From assembly GCA_964464835.1 (NCBI GenBank), contig CAYXHX010000002.1, positions 1-39,779 of the forward strand: DNA of 39,779 bases, read 5' to 3'. The notes beneath the pieces were generated by a model. The model did not search any database. It saw only the letters and a list, made by a program, of their open reading frames with translations, and was not told where the DNA came from. Every line of letters starts with the position of its first letter. The stretch's first letter is position 1. The DNA comes from an uncultured Chitinophagaceae bacterium. GTDB lineage: Bacteria > Bacteroidota > Bacteroidia > Chitinophagales > Chitinophagaceae. Positions 22,347-31,773 of this stretch are shown here, piece by piece. The position numbers were made by a program, and so were the translations under genes.

Positions 22347-23404
22347 ACCATTATACCCGATTTTATTACCCGATTATCATTGCACACATAACAATCAATC
22401 AAGGAAGTATCAATGTTCTCAACAAGCCAATTTATCCGGGTATTATATTCACTTCTGAAATGATTCCTTTTGCCCCAAATAGCCTCCTGGCTCACCATTG
22501 TATAACGATTGATATTTCCACTCTTTGAAATAAATTCATGCACCAATTCCCCCGCCTTATACCTTGCTGCATAAGCCATTACCAATTTAGCAGCATCATC
22601 ATTATTAAATGCTTCACAAATTATTGAAGTGGTATCACAACCAACAATGGCGTATAATGCTAATCCCATCCCATTATTGTAAGTCGTGAAAACATTTGAA
22701 CTTTCAGCCACACCCGATGCCTGCATATAATTTCTTAAAATATATTCACTACTCCCGCACCCACAACTTAATGAATTTTGCTTTGGGTTGATTGTTGCCG
22801 AATAAAGAAAATAATAATCACACCCATATTCCGATAATGGAAGAATAAGGCTCACCGTATTATCCTTTGGCCCGGCCGCAAGCGATTGAATGTTTGCAAG
22901 CGTTGTAATAAGCTGCAATGTGGTTGTTCCATATTCCTGTTTATACACTTCAATATTAAACGTGGCATCAGCATCCATCATGGTTGTTATGTTGGATATG
23001 TTTATACTCCCGCCCTTCATTGCCGTTGTAATTAACTTCAACCCCGCTTTATTCAACCCCGAAATATTAAATACACTCCCAGGCGTTGTACTCGCAATTT
23101 TGCCGGTATAACTTTTTTGCCCAATTGCAACACGTTGGGTTAATCCAATTATAATATCATCGGCCACTTGCTTAATCGCATTCAATTTCGCACGGTAATA
23201 AAAATTTGCCATCTCATTAATACAATCTGTACTCATACCCGCTGCCTGTAATGGCGCTATCCCTTCAAGTTCATCAATAAATAAATCACTTGTACTCTTC
23301 TTATACCAATCAGCGGGGGAAATGCTACCCGGCAATCCATTTATAGTACAAGTACATTCACTTTTTGTAATTCCTATTAAATCTATCAAACAATCGTATG
23401 CCAT
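22343..23404 (-). CDS. Virion structural protein, function unknown
   Basis: 353-aa ORF, the first gene after the capsid-gene terminator. Confidence 0.45.
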   Translation of the reverse strand: MAYDCLIDLIGITKSECTCTINGLPGSISPADWYKKSTSDLFIDELEGIAPLQAAGMSTDCINEMANFYYRAKLNAIKQVADDIIIGLTQRVAIGQKSYTGKIASTTPGSVFNISGLNKAGLKLITTAMKGGSINISNITTMMDADATFNIEVYKQEYGTTTLQLITTLANIQSLAAGPKDNTVSLILPLSEYGCDYYFLYSATINPKQNSLSCGCGSSEYILRNYMQASGVAESSNVFTTYNNGMGLALYAIVGCDTTSIICEAFNNDDAAKLVMAYAARYKAGELVHEFISKSGNINRYTMVSQEAIWGKRNHFRSEYNTRINWLVENIDTSLIDCYVCNDNRVIKSGIMV

Positions 23405-23425
23405 TATATTTATTTAATCAGTAAG

Positions 23426-23456
23426 TGAAAAAAGGGCGGGCAGAAATGCCCACCCT
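23426..23456 (-). terminator. Rho-independent terminator after the capsid gene
   Basis: Minus-strand RNA folds as GGGUGGGCA-UUUC-UGCCCGCCC, followed by UUUUUU. Confidence 0.8.
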
Positions 23457-23484
23457 GTTCCAATATTCAAAAATGAAAAACCAC

Positions 23485-24576
23485 CTATGACTTATCAAAA
23501 CTCAAAATGCCGGTATTGCCGGTTGCACACCTGATCGGGTTTGCATACACACCTGCACGAAGTTTTAACTTCCATGTAGGCAGCAATAAACCACCGGTAC
23601 AAACAACGGAATACTGAACATCAATATACAGCGTGGATTTTACAAGTTTACCCTGGCTTACAAATTGCATCTTCATAAATTCAGGCACATTTACAGGGAT
23701 TGAATACCGCATAATGCTTCCACTTCCGGTATGAATCCATCCACCATCTGTCATGCTCGCTAATTTTGATAATGCCGGATATTTCGCACGGTTAGCAATG
23801 GCCAATGCTCCACGATCAATTAAAAACGTGAAATCAGAAATTGTATTAGCAGCAAATCCGGGCATATCATGACGAAATGCTAAATCATCATACATTGATT
23901 GAGCCGCTTTGCCATCTGCATTGTTCGCAAATTTTGTGGCTTTATAATAATCCTGAAATAAATTACCACCATCCAAAATGTATGTTTCCTGACTCCTATT
24001 CATTTCGGCAACCTGCATGAAGTATGGTATCAGCTTTTCTGCACCAAAATCAACCGCCGGCACGGTTGTATCTTTGGTTACACCGCTATAAGTGTAAGGG
24101 CCTGGAAATGGGTTTGTTCCTTTATTGGCAGCAATTACTGCAACGGCCTTGGAGTTGAATTTTTCAACGATATTTTTAATTTTGGATGCAAGACCTGTGG
24201 CTACGATTGTATCATAATCAACTGCACTGGATTCTAATTCTTCGGATGCTACTGAATAGCAATCGGAAATAAATATATCAAGCGCATAATCTTGCTTTTT
24301 TGCTGATCCTTCGCCACAAGCGGCAGGAGTACAATCATCCGCATCCGTTACATCGGTTGAGGTATCACCGCAAAAGTCCACCCATTTCACGGAAACGGTA
24401 TTTTTCTTTTCTGGGTCTTCAAGCAATGAAAGCTGTGCAGTTTGATTTTCTAAAATGGCTTTAATCGTATTTGCTTTAATACCGTATGATTTGGAAGTAG
24501 CTGGCTCCTTCCAAATGTTGTCAAGGATAGGCTGAATTTCAGCCGCCTTAATGTTGTTGAAGTTTGTTAATGACAT
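23485..24576 (-). CDS. Major capsid protein (candidate)
   Basis: 363 aa, directly after a scaffold-like gene and followed by a strong terminator. Size and position are typical. No motif-level proof. Confidence 0.65.
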   Translation of the reverse strand: MSLTNFNNIKAAEIQPILDNIWKEPATSKSYGIKANTIKAILENQTAQLSLLEDPEKKNTVSVKWVDFCGDTSTDVTDADDCTPAACGEGSAKKQDYALDIFISDCYSVASEELESSAVDYDTIVATGLASKIKNIVEKFNSKAVAVIAANKGTNPFPGPYTYSGVTKDTTVPAVDFGAEKLIPYFMQVAEMNRSQETYILDGGNLFQDYYKATKFANNADGKAAQSMYDDLAFRHDMPGFAANTISDFTFLIDRGALAIANRAKYPALSKLASMTDGGWIHTGSGSIMRYSIPVNVPEFMKMQFVSQGKLVKSTLYIDVQYSVVCTGGLLLPTWKLKLRAGVYANPIRCATGNTGILSFDKS

Positions 24577-24602
24577 TGAATTTTAATTACGGGTTTTGAA
24601 AA

Positions 24603-25538
24603 TTAATTTTTACTGAATTGCGCCCCGTATTGTTCCTTAACCTCAATTTTTTGATCTGTTGTCAAATCTTCTCCGGTCAACAATCCGAGGTACTCTTCCT
24701 TAGATGCAGGGGCTTTACCGGAATATCCTTTGTGTTCGCTGCCATTTCCGCCGGATGGTTGCCCATTTGATGGCGCACGTCTTTGTTCAGCCGCTTTAAA
24801 TTCAAAATTTGATTTTGCAATATTATTCACCATTGAATCAAATGATACAGGATTGGCGTGTGCATCTTCAACCCGCTTGCCCTCTTTATCAAGCAAGAGA
24901 AAACCACCATTACCATCATCCTGATAATCATAAGCGTCCAATTCATCAAGCAATAACCGCTGTATCATTTTATCGGCCTTTTGCGGATCAGTTGGTAAAA
25001 TAACATTTTCCAAACCTTTGAACTTTAATAATGCTTCTTTACGAACCTTTGAAATAAATTCCTTCTTAGTATATGCCTTTTCTGCTTCTTCAATAGCCTT
25101 GATTTTCTCCGCTTCCTGATCAGCAAATTTCTTTTTAAAATCATTTTCGGCCTTCAAATAAACAGGATGTTTTTTTACATCGTCATCCGTTAATTCATTC
25201 TTTTTGCCGGTTGATTTATATTTTTCTTTTGCATGATCTGAAATTGAATTAATCAATTCTTCGCCCTGTAATTCACTATCAAATTCAAAATCTTCTTTCA
25301 GCTTCTTCTCAACCTTACTCCAAACCTCTTTCGTTGCTTTTTTTACCGCATCTTCCCATTTCGGAAATTCGGATTTAAGTTTTGAAATGCGCTCTTTGTC
25401 CTTGTCAAGAATAAACTGTAAAATTTTCTTTTCATCAATAGCGCCATCAGTAGCGCCTTCGGATTTAATGAGTTCCGCTATCTCCATTTCGGGAACTTTA
25501 TAGAGCGTTCCCAATACTCCTTTTATCAAGTCTTCCAC
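24603..25538 (-). CDS. Scaffolding protein (candidate)
   Basis: 311 aa, very K/E/D-rich and helical, located between the MuF-like and capsid genes. GTG start. Confidence 0.6.
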   Translation of the reverse strand: MEDLIKGVLGTLYKVPEMEIAELIKSEGATDGAIDEKKILQFILDKDKERISKLKSEFPKWEDAVKKATKEVWSKVEKKLKEDFEFDSELQGEELINSISDHAKEKYKSTGKKNELTDDDVKKHPVYLKAENDFKKKFADQEAEKIKAIEEAEKAYTKKEFISKVRKEALLKFKGLENVILPTDPQKADKMIQRLLLDELDAYDYQDDGNGGFLLLDKEGKRVEDAHANPVSFDSMVNNIAKSNFEFKAAEQRRAPSNGQPSGGNGSEHKGYSGKAPASKEEYLGLLTGEDLTTDQKIEVKEQYGAQFSKN

Positions 25539-25714
25539 TATTTGGAATTTTTGTTGACTACCTTATTTTCAATATCCGGCTTCTTAATTGCCTTTACCTC
25601 TGGGGGTTCAGGTGCTGACATTTCCTGTGAAAATACACCCGGAAATCTTTCAATTAGTTTCTTTGCATCGGCTACTTCATAGACTTCACCGGTTTTATTA
25701 TTTCTTACTTTCAT
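25538..25714 (-). CDS. Small hypothetical protein (58 aa, below the ORF-track size cutoff)
   Basis: My own translation is MKVRNNKTGEVYEVADAKKLIERFPGVFSQEMSAPEPPEVKAIKKPDIENKVVNKNSK. Its TAG overlaps the scaffold GTG. Confidence 0.35.
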   Translation of the reverse strand: MKVRNNKTGEVYEVADAKKLIERFPGVFSQEMSAPEPPEVKAIKKPDIENKVVNKNSK

Positions 25715-25865
25715 TTTTTTTGGTTTTAAGTTCTTCCGGCTCCTTAATCTTCCATTCTACTTTCTTTGCATCCGGTAAATTCTTCCATGTAGATTCCGTT
25801 AATGCAATTGTATCAATTACATTCCCTTCTGCATCTCGCTTTTCTAAAATCAATTTGTTCTTCAT
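25698..25865 (-). CDS. Small hypothetical protein (55 aa, below the ORF-track size cutoff)
   Basis: My own translation is MKNKLILEKRDAEGNVIDTIALTESTWKNLPDAKKVEWKIKEPEELKTKKNESKK. It fills an otherwise empty gap on the coding strand. Confidence 0.35.
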   Translation of the reverse strand: MKNKLILEKRDAEGNVIDTIALTESTWKNLPDAKKVEWKIKEPEELKTKKNESKK

Positions 25866-25915
25866 TGCGTAAAATTAATTACTTTTTATGAATACTAACA
25901 AATATTTTTAAAATA

Positions 25916-26818
25916 TCATTTTTCATCTTTTAATTCGGGCCGCAATTTATATGCAACTTCCTTACTTACATAGCGGGGTATATGACGGCAAGACCATAAT
26001 CCCATATCGGTTGTAGGGTCATAACTCGCAATGTAACCCTTCTTAAATGCCTGCTTAATCCAAGGATCATCAACCCATTTATTTGCTTCTTTAATTGAAA
26101 ATAGTTTGCCCGCCCTCTCTTTGCAAAATTCCCGGCTCGTATCAATTATTGTTCCTTCATAAAAAAAATATTTTAAATCCAAATCTGTTGCAAGTAGTGT
26201 ACTTTCATGGCGATCAATCTTTACAAATATATCATAGGCATAATTCCTGAAATATTGCTGAAACCCTCCCATCACTTCATTATTACCCGCAATCAATGTT
26301 TTTAATCCTGTCTTGAAACTATCAAATCCGGTTGACTTCAAAACCTCATTATATGAAAAGTTTTTTATTTGGTTCTTTACAGTACTATCCTTTAACATAC
26401 TGTCCATATAGCCACCCGGCATTAATGAAATAGTTTTACCATTCCCATCCGCAGTAATCCCCAACCTATCACGAATTATTTTTTGAATTTTTTGTGTAGT
26501 TGCTGCATAATCATTGCCATCTGCATAGGTTGAAAAATAATCAATATTGTACGCATTTATACGATTAAAACCGGTATTGATTAAAGAAATAATTGTTGAT
26601 AAATTACTTGCCGAAAATGAATTATAAATATTTTCTATTGATGCTATAAGATTTATATTTCTTTCAGTTGCTTCAATCTTCCCATCCTTCTTATCCAGCT
26701 TATCCGCAAATTTATCAATAACTTCATCTGATAATTCCTTTGCAAGTCTATTAAACAAAGCATCAATTTCATCCGTTACTTTACTAATGTACTTGCTCTT
26801 ATCGGAAAAATTACTCAT
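25916..26818 (-). CDS. Head morphogenesis protein, Mu F / SPP1 gp7-like
   Basis: Position directly after the portal gene. The C-terminal FCKERAGKLFS...WSCRHIPRYV resembles the C..r.G...CR(C/H) end of the Mu F family. Confidence 0.6.
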   Translation of the reverse strand: MSNFSDKSKYISKVTDEIDALFNRLAKELSDEVIDKFADKLDKKDGKIEATERNINLIASIENIYNSFSASNLSTIISLINTGFNRINAYNIDYFSTYADGNDYAATTQKIQKIIRDRLGITADGNGKTISLMPGGYMDSMLKDSTVKNQIKNFSYNEVLKSTGFDSFKTGLKTLIAGNNEVMGGFQQYFRNYAYDIFVKIDRHESTLLATDLDLKYFFYEGTIIDTSREFCKERAGKLFSIKEANKWVDDPWIKQAFKKGYIASYDPTTDMGLWSCRHIPRYVSKEVAYKLRPELKDEK

Positions 26819-28616
26819 TCATATTAAAATTAAATGCAGGTTTATTTTCTTTATTCAATGCCTCTGCAATGATGCTTACCTTTTCATCCAGCTTTAGTTT
26901 TCTATCCCGGAAGTTTAATAAATAAAAATTCGGGTCTTCCTTTTCAATATCAGTAAATATTTCATCAAAATATGAATATAATATTTTTGTAGCCTGCAAA
27001 ACATTTGGGCTATTTAATAAAATCAGTATCTCACTTGTAGATTTTCCATTGAATGGATGATGATCCTTCATTACACTATACCTCAACATTCCATCGGCAT
27101 CATCCATATATATATCCTGCGCCAATTCATCATCAATTGAATCAATAGCAAATGATGGCGCACCTGAACTATTCAATGCTGCACGCTCATTATACAAATC
27201 AATTCTTGACTTTAATTTGAATTTTGTTGGCAACCGGTAAATGATTGAAACCTTATCCTTATTGTCCGTAAATATTGCAATCAATTCTACAATGGAAGTC
27301 CGCACACTTGCAACCTTCTCACCAAATGGCGCCAATGCATCATAAACACCTTCCATATCCTGATCCTTCTCCGTTGCCGTTACCGCAATAGCATCACCAC
27401 CTGTAAACCCTGTCCCCTTTCTCAATAATACCGAACTATTGAAAACAGTTTGATGAACGTCTATTTTTAATGAATCAACCCATTCTTTTTGCAAGCGTAA
27501 TAATTCAATTGGCAATTGCACATAATGTACAAAATCACTAAGGCTTACATAATCTTCTTTGGTTTCCGGCAATGCAACTTCAATTACATCCTGCCCGGAA
27601 GTGTGTATAGGCTTCCCGGTTCCATTGCAAGTACCACACACATTACCATTCGATAAACGCCCACGATCACAACTCATATTTTTTTCACCAGGGCATGACT
27701 TTGTAATCCTTATAACCTTCTGCGGAAATAAATGAAGGATTGTGCTAAAATCAAATTCGCTACCTTGTTTTATTGATTTCTTTAAAAAACATAATGCTTC
27801 ATGATATGGAGAAACAAATGTTCTTCCACCTGTTTCATTATCATAAATATAACCAACTCTAAAACCCTGAACAATCGGGCTTTTATGCTCAAAATAATCA
27901 TATTCAAAAAATCCCTTCTTTTCTATTTCAACTATTTCCTTTTCGGAAATAGTTCCTTCCGCTACCTGCGTTAATGTTATTGCAAACACAGGCGCATACA
28001 TTGTATATTTCTTACCCGGCTTATCCTGATCTCCTTCTTTATATGTAATAGCTGCTTCCACAATCAACCATTGAGCAATGTTATTTATTATTGAAAAATT
28101 GATTGCTTCCTTTGCAGAAACCTCATAAGGGCGTGGCGTTGCCTTTTCTGTCATTGGATTAAATTCATCAAATTCTACCATTATCCATGCATTCGGATCA
28201 AGCCATTGCAAATCAACATACCTATTCTGCATATAGTAATCCAACCCCCCTATATTATTATCACTTCCATAGAATTTATTTATCCTATCCTCAATTTCAG
28301 CAACCGCACTTTTGTACTGATCCTTTAATGCAGTAATCTTATTTGTGATAGGTGGTGTTCTCGGCACTTTATTGAAAGGCTTCCTAAGAGATGAAAGCGT
28401 GGCAGGCGTTACCGGTACAGTCAATGCCACACGCTGATCAAACATTACTTTATCTTCCCTGGGATTAAACTGTTTAAGTACATTCTCTATTCCTTTCCCG
28501 GTTGAATACATTTTGTAAGTATTGAAAAGGTCGGTTACTCTCGCATAATCTTTATGCCTCAAATCATTTTTTATAGTATTCTGCAATATAATTAATGCAT
28601 CTTCACTTGTAATCAT
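26811..28616 (-). CDS. Portal protein (candidate)
   Basis: 601 aa, immediately downstream of the large terminase. Contains an internal Cys cluster CPGEKNMSC...CGTCNGTGK. Confidence 0.6.
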   Translation of the reverse strand: MITSEDALIILQNTIKNDLRHKDYARVTDLFNTYKMYSTGKGIENVLKQFNPREDKVMFDQRVALTVPVTPATLSSLRKPFNKVPRTPPITNKITALKDQYKSAVAEIEDRINKFYGSDNNIGGLDYYMQNRYVDLQWLDPNAWIMVEFDEFNPMTEKATPRPYEVSAKEAINFSIINNIAQWLIVEAAITYKEGDQDKPGKKYTMYAPVFAITLTQVAEGTISEKEIVEIEKKGFFEYDYFEHKSPIVQGFRVGYIYDNETGGRTFVSPYHEALCFLKKSIKQGSEFDFSTILHLFPQKVIRITKSCPGEKNMSCDRGRLSNGNVCGTCNGTGKPIHTSGQDVIEVALPETKEDYVSLSDFVHYVQLPIELLRLQKEWVDSLKIDVHQTVFNSSVLLRKGTGFTGGDAIAVTATEKDQDMEGVYDALAPFGEKVASVRTSIVELIAIFTDNKDKVSIIYRLPTKFKLKSRIDLYNERAALNSSGAPSFAIDSIDDELAQDIYMDDADGMLRYSVMKDHHPFNGKSTSEILILLNSPNVLQATKILYSYFDEIFTDIEKEDPNFYLLNFRDRKLKLDEKVSIIAEALNKENKPAFNFNMNE

Positions 28617-28631
28617 GCTGTAAAATTAATG

Positions 28632-30020
28632 TTATTTTGGAATTGATTTATTAAATTCATCCCACAAAATCTTTATTACAAAATATTCCATCGCATCGGA
28701 CGTATGGCCAAGATCCTGATAACTTATACCTGTATCTTTATCTTTTACTACATTTTTCAATTTTCCATCTGCACCAAGCTTTAAACTCTGCATATCTCGG
28801 ATGGTTTCTTTCATTGAATTATCAATTAAAATAGAAACCTTCAACCCATTAAAATATACCTTTCCGGCAAATATATTATTCATAAAATCACGCCGCTTCA
28901 TTACAGATGGATTCCGCTTCAATACACGCCCACTTGCATCACTCAAATATACCATAAGCCCCGCCCGAACATCATCAAATGCGCTCCTGTTACCAAGCCC
29001 AACATATTTGCTTTTACCGCTTGCATCACCATAATAAAATATGTCAGTTGTCTGATCGCCATAGTCTTCAATATACGCCCGGCAAACGTCTGACGTTGTA
29101 TTAAAAGGTGTCCTTAAACAATACTCCTTAAAAAATCGTATCTGAAATTCTGTATCTGTAATAATTACATGAGCGCATAACCCTGTCATATATGGCACTC
29201 CATTAAAGTCGAAGGTTATATGTGTTGCCCGGCCCGGCATGAATGAAACGCTGCCAACGTGCTGACTTTTATTATACATTGTAAAATATTCATTGCCGGT
29301 TGTTGCATGGCCCCAATTACCTTCTATCCAAACAATTAATTTATTATCATCTTTTTGCGCAAGTTCAAGTAACTGTTCCGTATATTTTTCTACATCAATA
29401 AACGGATTTTTTTGGAATGTAGCTTTAAAAAGTAGCGTATCATTTGTCCGTGCCGGGTTTTCCCCAATCGGAATTATATCATCTTGGTTCAAAAAGAAAT
29501 ATTCCTTTCCCCAAAAGCCATATTCTGGGTTGAATGTTCCCCAAAATTGGGTTTTCTTCGTTTTCGTTGTTCGCAATAATCCTATAAGTGCTGCATAATC
29601 CTGAAATGTTCCCTCTGTCATTTCATCCCAAAAAATATGCGAAGGGTCCTTAATCGCTTTCAGCTTTGCCGGATCATCTAACCCAAATGATAATAATTTG
29701 TTGCCATTTAGATTGCAAATAATATCCATTTCACTTGATTTTATTGTGAAATAATTGTTCAAATCCCAATCACTAATAACATCAACAAATCCCTGGAAAA
29801 TACTATCCCGGATATTCCTTGCAATTTTTTTACAATAAACTAATCTGAAATATTTTTTTGTAAGCGCAAATATAATGGCTCTTTGCTCTAAAAAAACGGT
29901 CTTACCACTACCCCGATTTCCTAAAAATAATTGGATTTTCTCCGGCCTGTCAATTAAATTCTTTAATTCCTCAACAAATAATTTATCCGGGAAAACAAAA
30001 TTGAGTTTCTGTATGCGCAC
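28632..30020 (-). CDS. terL: Terminase large subunit
   Basis: Walker A GNRGSGKT, Walker B IFWDEMTE, and a C-terminal nuclease-like HTSDAMEY. Preceded by the small terminase subunit. Confidence 0.9.
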   Translation of the reverse strand: MRIQKLNFVFPDKLFVEELKNLIDRPEKIQLFLGNRGSGKTVFLEQRAIIFALTKKYFRLVYCKKIARNIRDSIFQGFVDVISDWDLNNYFTIKSSEMDIICNLNGNKLLSFGLDDPAKLKAIKDPSHIFWDEMTEGTFQDYAALIGLLRTTKTKKTQFWGTFNPEYGFWGKEYFFLNQDDIIPIGENPARTNDTLLFKATFQKNPFIDVEKYTEQLLELAQKDDNKLIVWIEGNWGHATTGNEYFTMYNKSQHVGSVSFMPGRATHITFDFNGVPYMTGLCAHVIITDTEFQIRFFKEYCLRTPFNTTSDVCRAYIEDYGDQTTDIFYYGDASGKSKYVGLGNRSAFDDVRAGLMVYLSDASGRVLKRNPSVMKRRDFMNNIFAGKVYFNGLKVSILIDNSMKETIRDMQSLKLGADGKLKNVVKDKDTGISYQDLGHTSDAMEYFVIKILWDEFNKSIPK

Positions 30021-30023
30021 ATT

Positions 30024-30494
30024 TTATTCGTTTTCAATTTTTTTTTCTCCAATCGTTACCGTTACTTCGTTTTCAAAGCCTACATTGATATTGGTTGATG
30101 CTTTATTCCAATTATCAGGCTTCTTTTGCTTTAGCCAAAAAGCAATTGCCCCGGTGTCCGGCGGCAATTCATTTTCTGTTGTAATTATTTCTTCTGCAAT
30201 AATTTCTCCTGTTTGCTTATCTTTTATGGTTTTCGTTGTTACCGATTTAACCTTCAATCCAGTTGCCCTTTTGAATAAAGAATTTTCAACATGATATGTC
30301 AAAGGCTTTCTCCCCCTTTTTAATGCTTCGGGTAATTCACGATATTTCTTCTTTAGTTCACAAAAATATGTGATATTATACAATAATTTTTTGGCGATTT
30401 GTTTATCATCAAGCCCATCTCTCGCCATTTCTTCTATAAGGAGAAAAAAGTCTTTGTCTTTAAAATCATATTTTGGTTTTGCTCCTGCTGCCAT
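30024..30494 (-). CDS. terS: Terminase small subunit
   Basis: N-terminal HTH-like LIEEMARDGLDDKQIAKKL and ENSLFKRATG...PPDTGAIAFWLKQKKPDNWN, typical of the Terminase_2-type small subunit. Confidence 0.8.
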   Translation of the reverse strand: MAAGAKPKYDFKDKDFFLLIEEMARDGLDDKQIAKKLLYNITYFCELKKKYRELPEALKRGRKPLTYHVENSLFKRATGLKVKSVTTKTIKDKQTGEIIAEEIITTENELPPDTGAIAFWLKQKKPDNWNKASTNINVGFENEVTVTIGEKKIENE

Positions 30495-30635
30495 TACTCA
30501 TTTATTCGTTTTAAAAATTCGGCGCTATTCAAGTATATCATATCGCCATTTATGCCAATACTCTCAAGATACTCCGCTTTTTCATTATACGTTTTAAATG
30601 TAACACAAAAATAGGAAGCGGATTGCACATTCAGG

Positions 30636-30974
30636 TTATTTTCTTTCAACTAATTTTTCAATTATTTCTTTAAAAGTTTCTTCATCACGTATCAAATATA
30701 TTTCAATATTATTTTTTCGCCAAATAGTATGGATTTTAATTTGTGCGGGTGAAAGTCGGCCCGAACTGGTTTTAAATTCAAACCCTGTAATGCCATTATA
30801 CAATAAAATCAAATCCGGGATGCCTGGGGTTAGCCCTGTTGCCTTTAAAGCCATTGCTTCCCGGATATTCCTTGTTCCACCGTTCGGTACGGAAAACAGT
30901 AATCCCCTCAATTGAGGGTATGAGTTGTAAGCCCATCGATAGCATTTTGCCTGTAAATTAGCTTCTGATTGCAT
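30636..30974 (-). CDS. VRR-NUC domain nuclease
   Basis: GIPDLILLYNGITGFEFKTSSGRLSPAQ matches the G.PD..l...g...iE.K...g.ls..Q motif of VRR-NUC. Confidence 0.8.
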   Translation of the reverse strand: MQSEANLQAKCYRWAYNSYPQLRGLLFSVPNGGTRNIREAMALKATGLTPGIPDLILLYNGITGFEFKTSSGRLSPAQIKIHTIWRKNNIEIYLIRDEETFKEIIEKLVERK

Positions 30975-31015
30975 AAAAAAAATGTTCGGTTACATAAAAT
31001 GGCACTTAAAGCCCA

Positions 31016-31320
31016 AGTTTGTAACAAACTTTGTAACCTATAAATATTTTGTTTTCAATAATTTAGTTTAAAAGTTACAAAGTTACAAACTTTTTTGCCC
31101 TTTTATTATATATATAGTAAAAGTAAAAAATAAAAATATAATACATATTATAATATATCTATATACGACAAATGTATAAATACATTTTATACATAGTACT
31201 AATAAATAGTACATTTTTTATGTAACTTTGTAACCTTAGTTATAAAGTATTGATAATTAATAAGTTAAAGGTTACAAAGTTGGCTACAAAAGGTTACAGA
31301 AAAAGGAAGTTTTGTAACCT
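31016..31320. repeat. Iteron cluster flanking a very AT-rich core (origin-like or regulatory)
   Basis: At least 9 copies of the octamer TTTGTAAC/GTTACAAA or near-matches. Two are direct at 31018-31025 and 31030-37, two are inverted at 31074-81 and 31082-89, and further copies lie at 31221-34, 31271-78, 31283-90, 31293-98 and 31312-19. They surround an almost pure A+T stretch of about 125 bp (31092-31220) carrying ATGTAT-AA-ATACAT and TAGTACTA palindromes. Confidence 0.65.
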
Positions 31321-31330
31321 TATGGGAAAT

Positions 31331-31356
31331 AAAAAAGCATCAAATTGATGCTTTTA
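31331..31356 (-). terminator. Terminator at the end of the replication operon
   Basis: GCATC-aaatt-GATGC, flanked by A6 on one side and T4 on the other. On the minus-strand RNA the hairpin is followed by UUUUUU. Confidence 0.55.
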
Positions 31357-31485
31357 AATACTCATTTACTAATTTTTTTATGGGCTTTCCCTGATGCGGT
31401 AGAACCCTAAATGAAATGGTTGCGGTAGGCGGCTTCTTTGGTCGGCCTGCGCCTGGCCTTGCCTCCCTGCTGTGTTCTAATCAAA

Positions 31486-31710
31486 TTAACTATTTGCTCG
31501 GCGTTTGGCTGCACGTTCTTCTTTACGTGCGTAGTAGGCAAATATAAATTTGACAATAAAACGTAATAAATAGTATAATATAAATGTTGCCCAAGCGGGC
31601 GACAAAACCCAAACCCAAGATATATTTATTACTCCAAATAACTTTAAAATGATTGCAATTATAATAATAACCCTTATAATGTATTTCATAAACTGGAGCG
31701 TGAAACCCAT
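31486..31710 (-). CDS. Small two-TM membrane protein
   Basis: IIRVIIIIAIILKLFGVI and VWVLSPAWATFILYYLLRFIV, then a basic tail KEERAAKRRANS. Preferred over the overlapping 82-aa ORF. Confidence 0.45.
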   Translation of the reverse strand: MGFTLQFMKYIIRVIIIIAIILKLFGVINISWVWVLSPAWATFILYYLLRFIVKFIFAYYARKEERAAKRRANS

Positions 31711-31773
31711 TCATCGCCGATAGGTGTGGATGGGATGTAAGCGACACGCTAACGCCTTTAAAGTTAAACAAAT

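Noticed and set aside
30606-30613. Late promoter for the terminase operon (minus-strand TATTTTTG, 112 nt upstream of terS)
   Set aside because: It matches TAnnTTTG, but no TTTG element lies 19-21 nt upstream, and such octamers are expected by chance in AT-rich DNA. It is not reported as a feature.
31016-31320. CRISPR array
   Set aside because: The repeats are 8-mers in both orientations with irregular short spacing. They are not 25-40-nt direct repeats separated by unique spacers, and no cas genes are present.
31523-31771. 82-aa minus-strand ORF overlapping the 74-aa ORF
   Set aside because: Its translation has no coherent hydrophobic or charged pattern. The alternative frame (31486..31710) gives a clean two-TM protein with a basic tail, so only that one is reported, itself at modest confidence.
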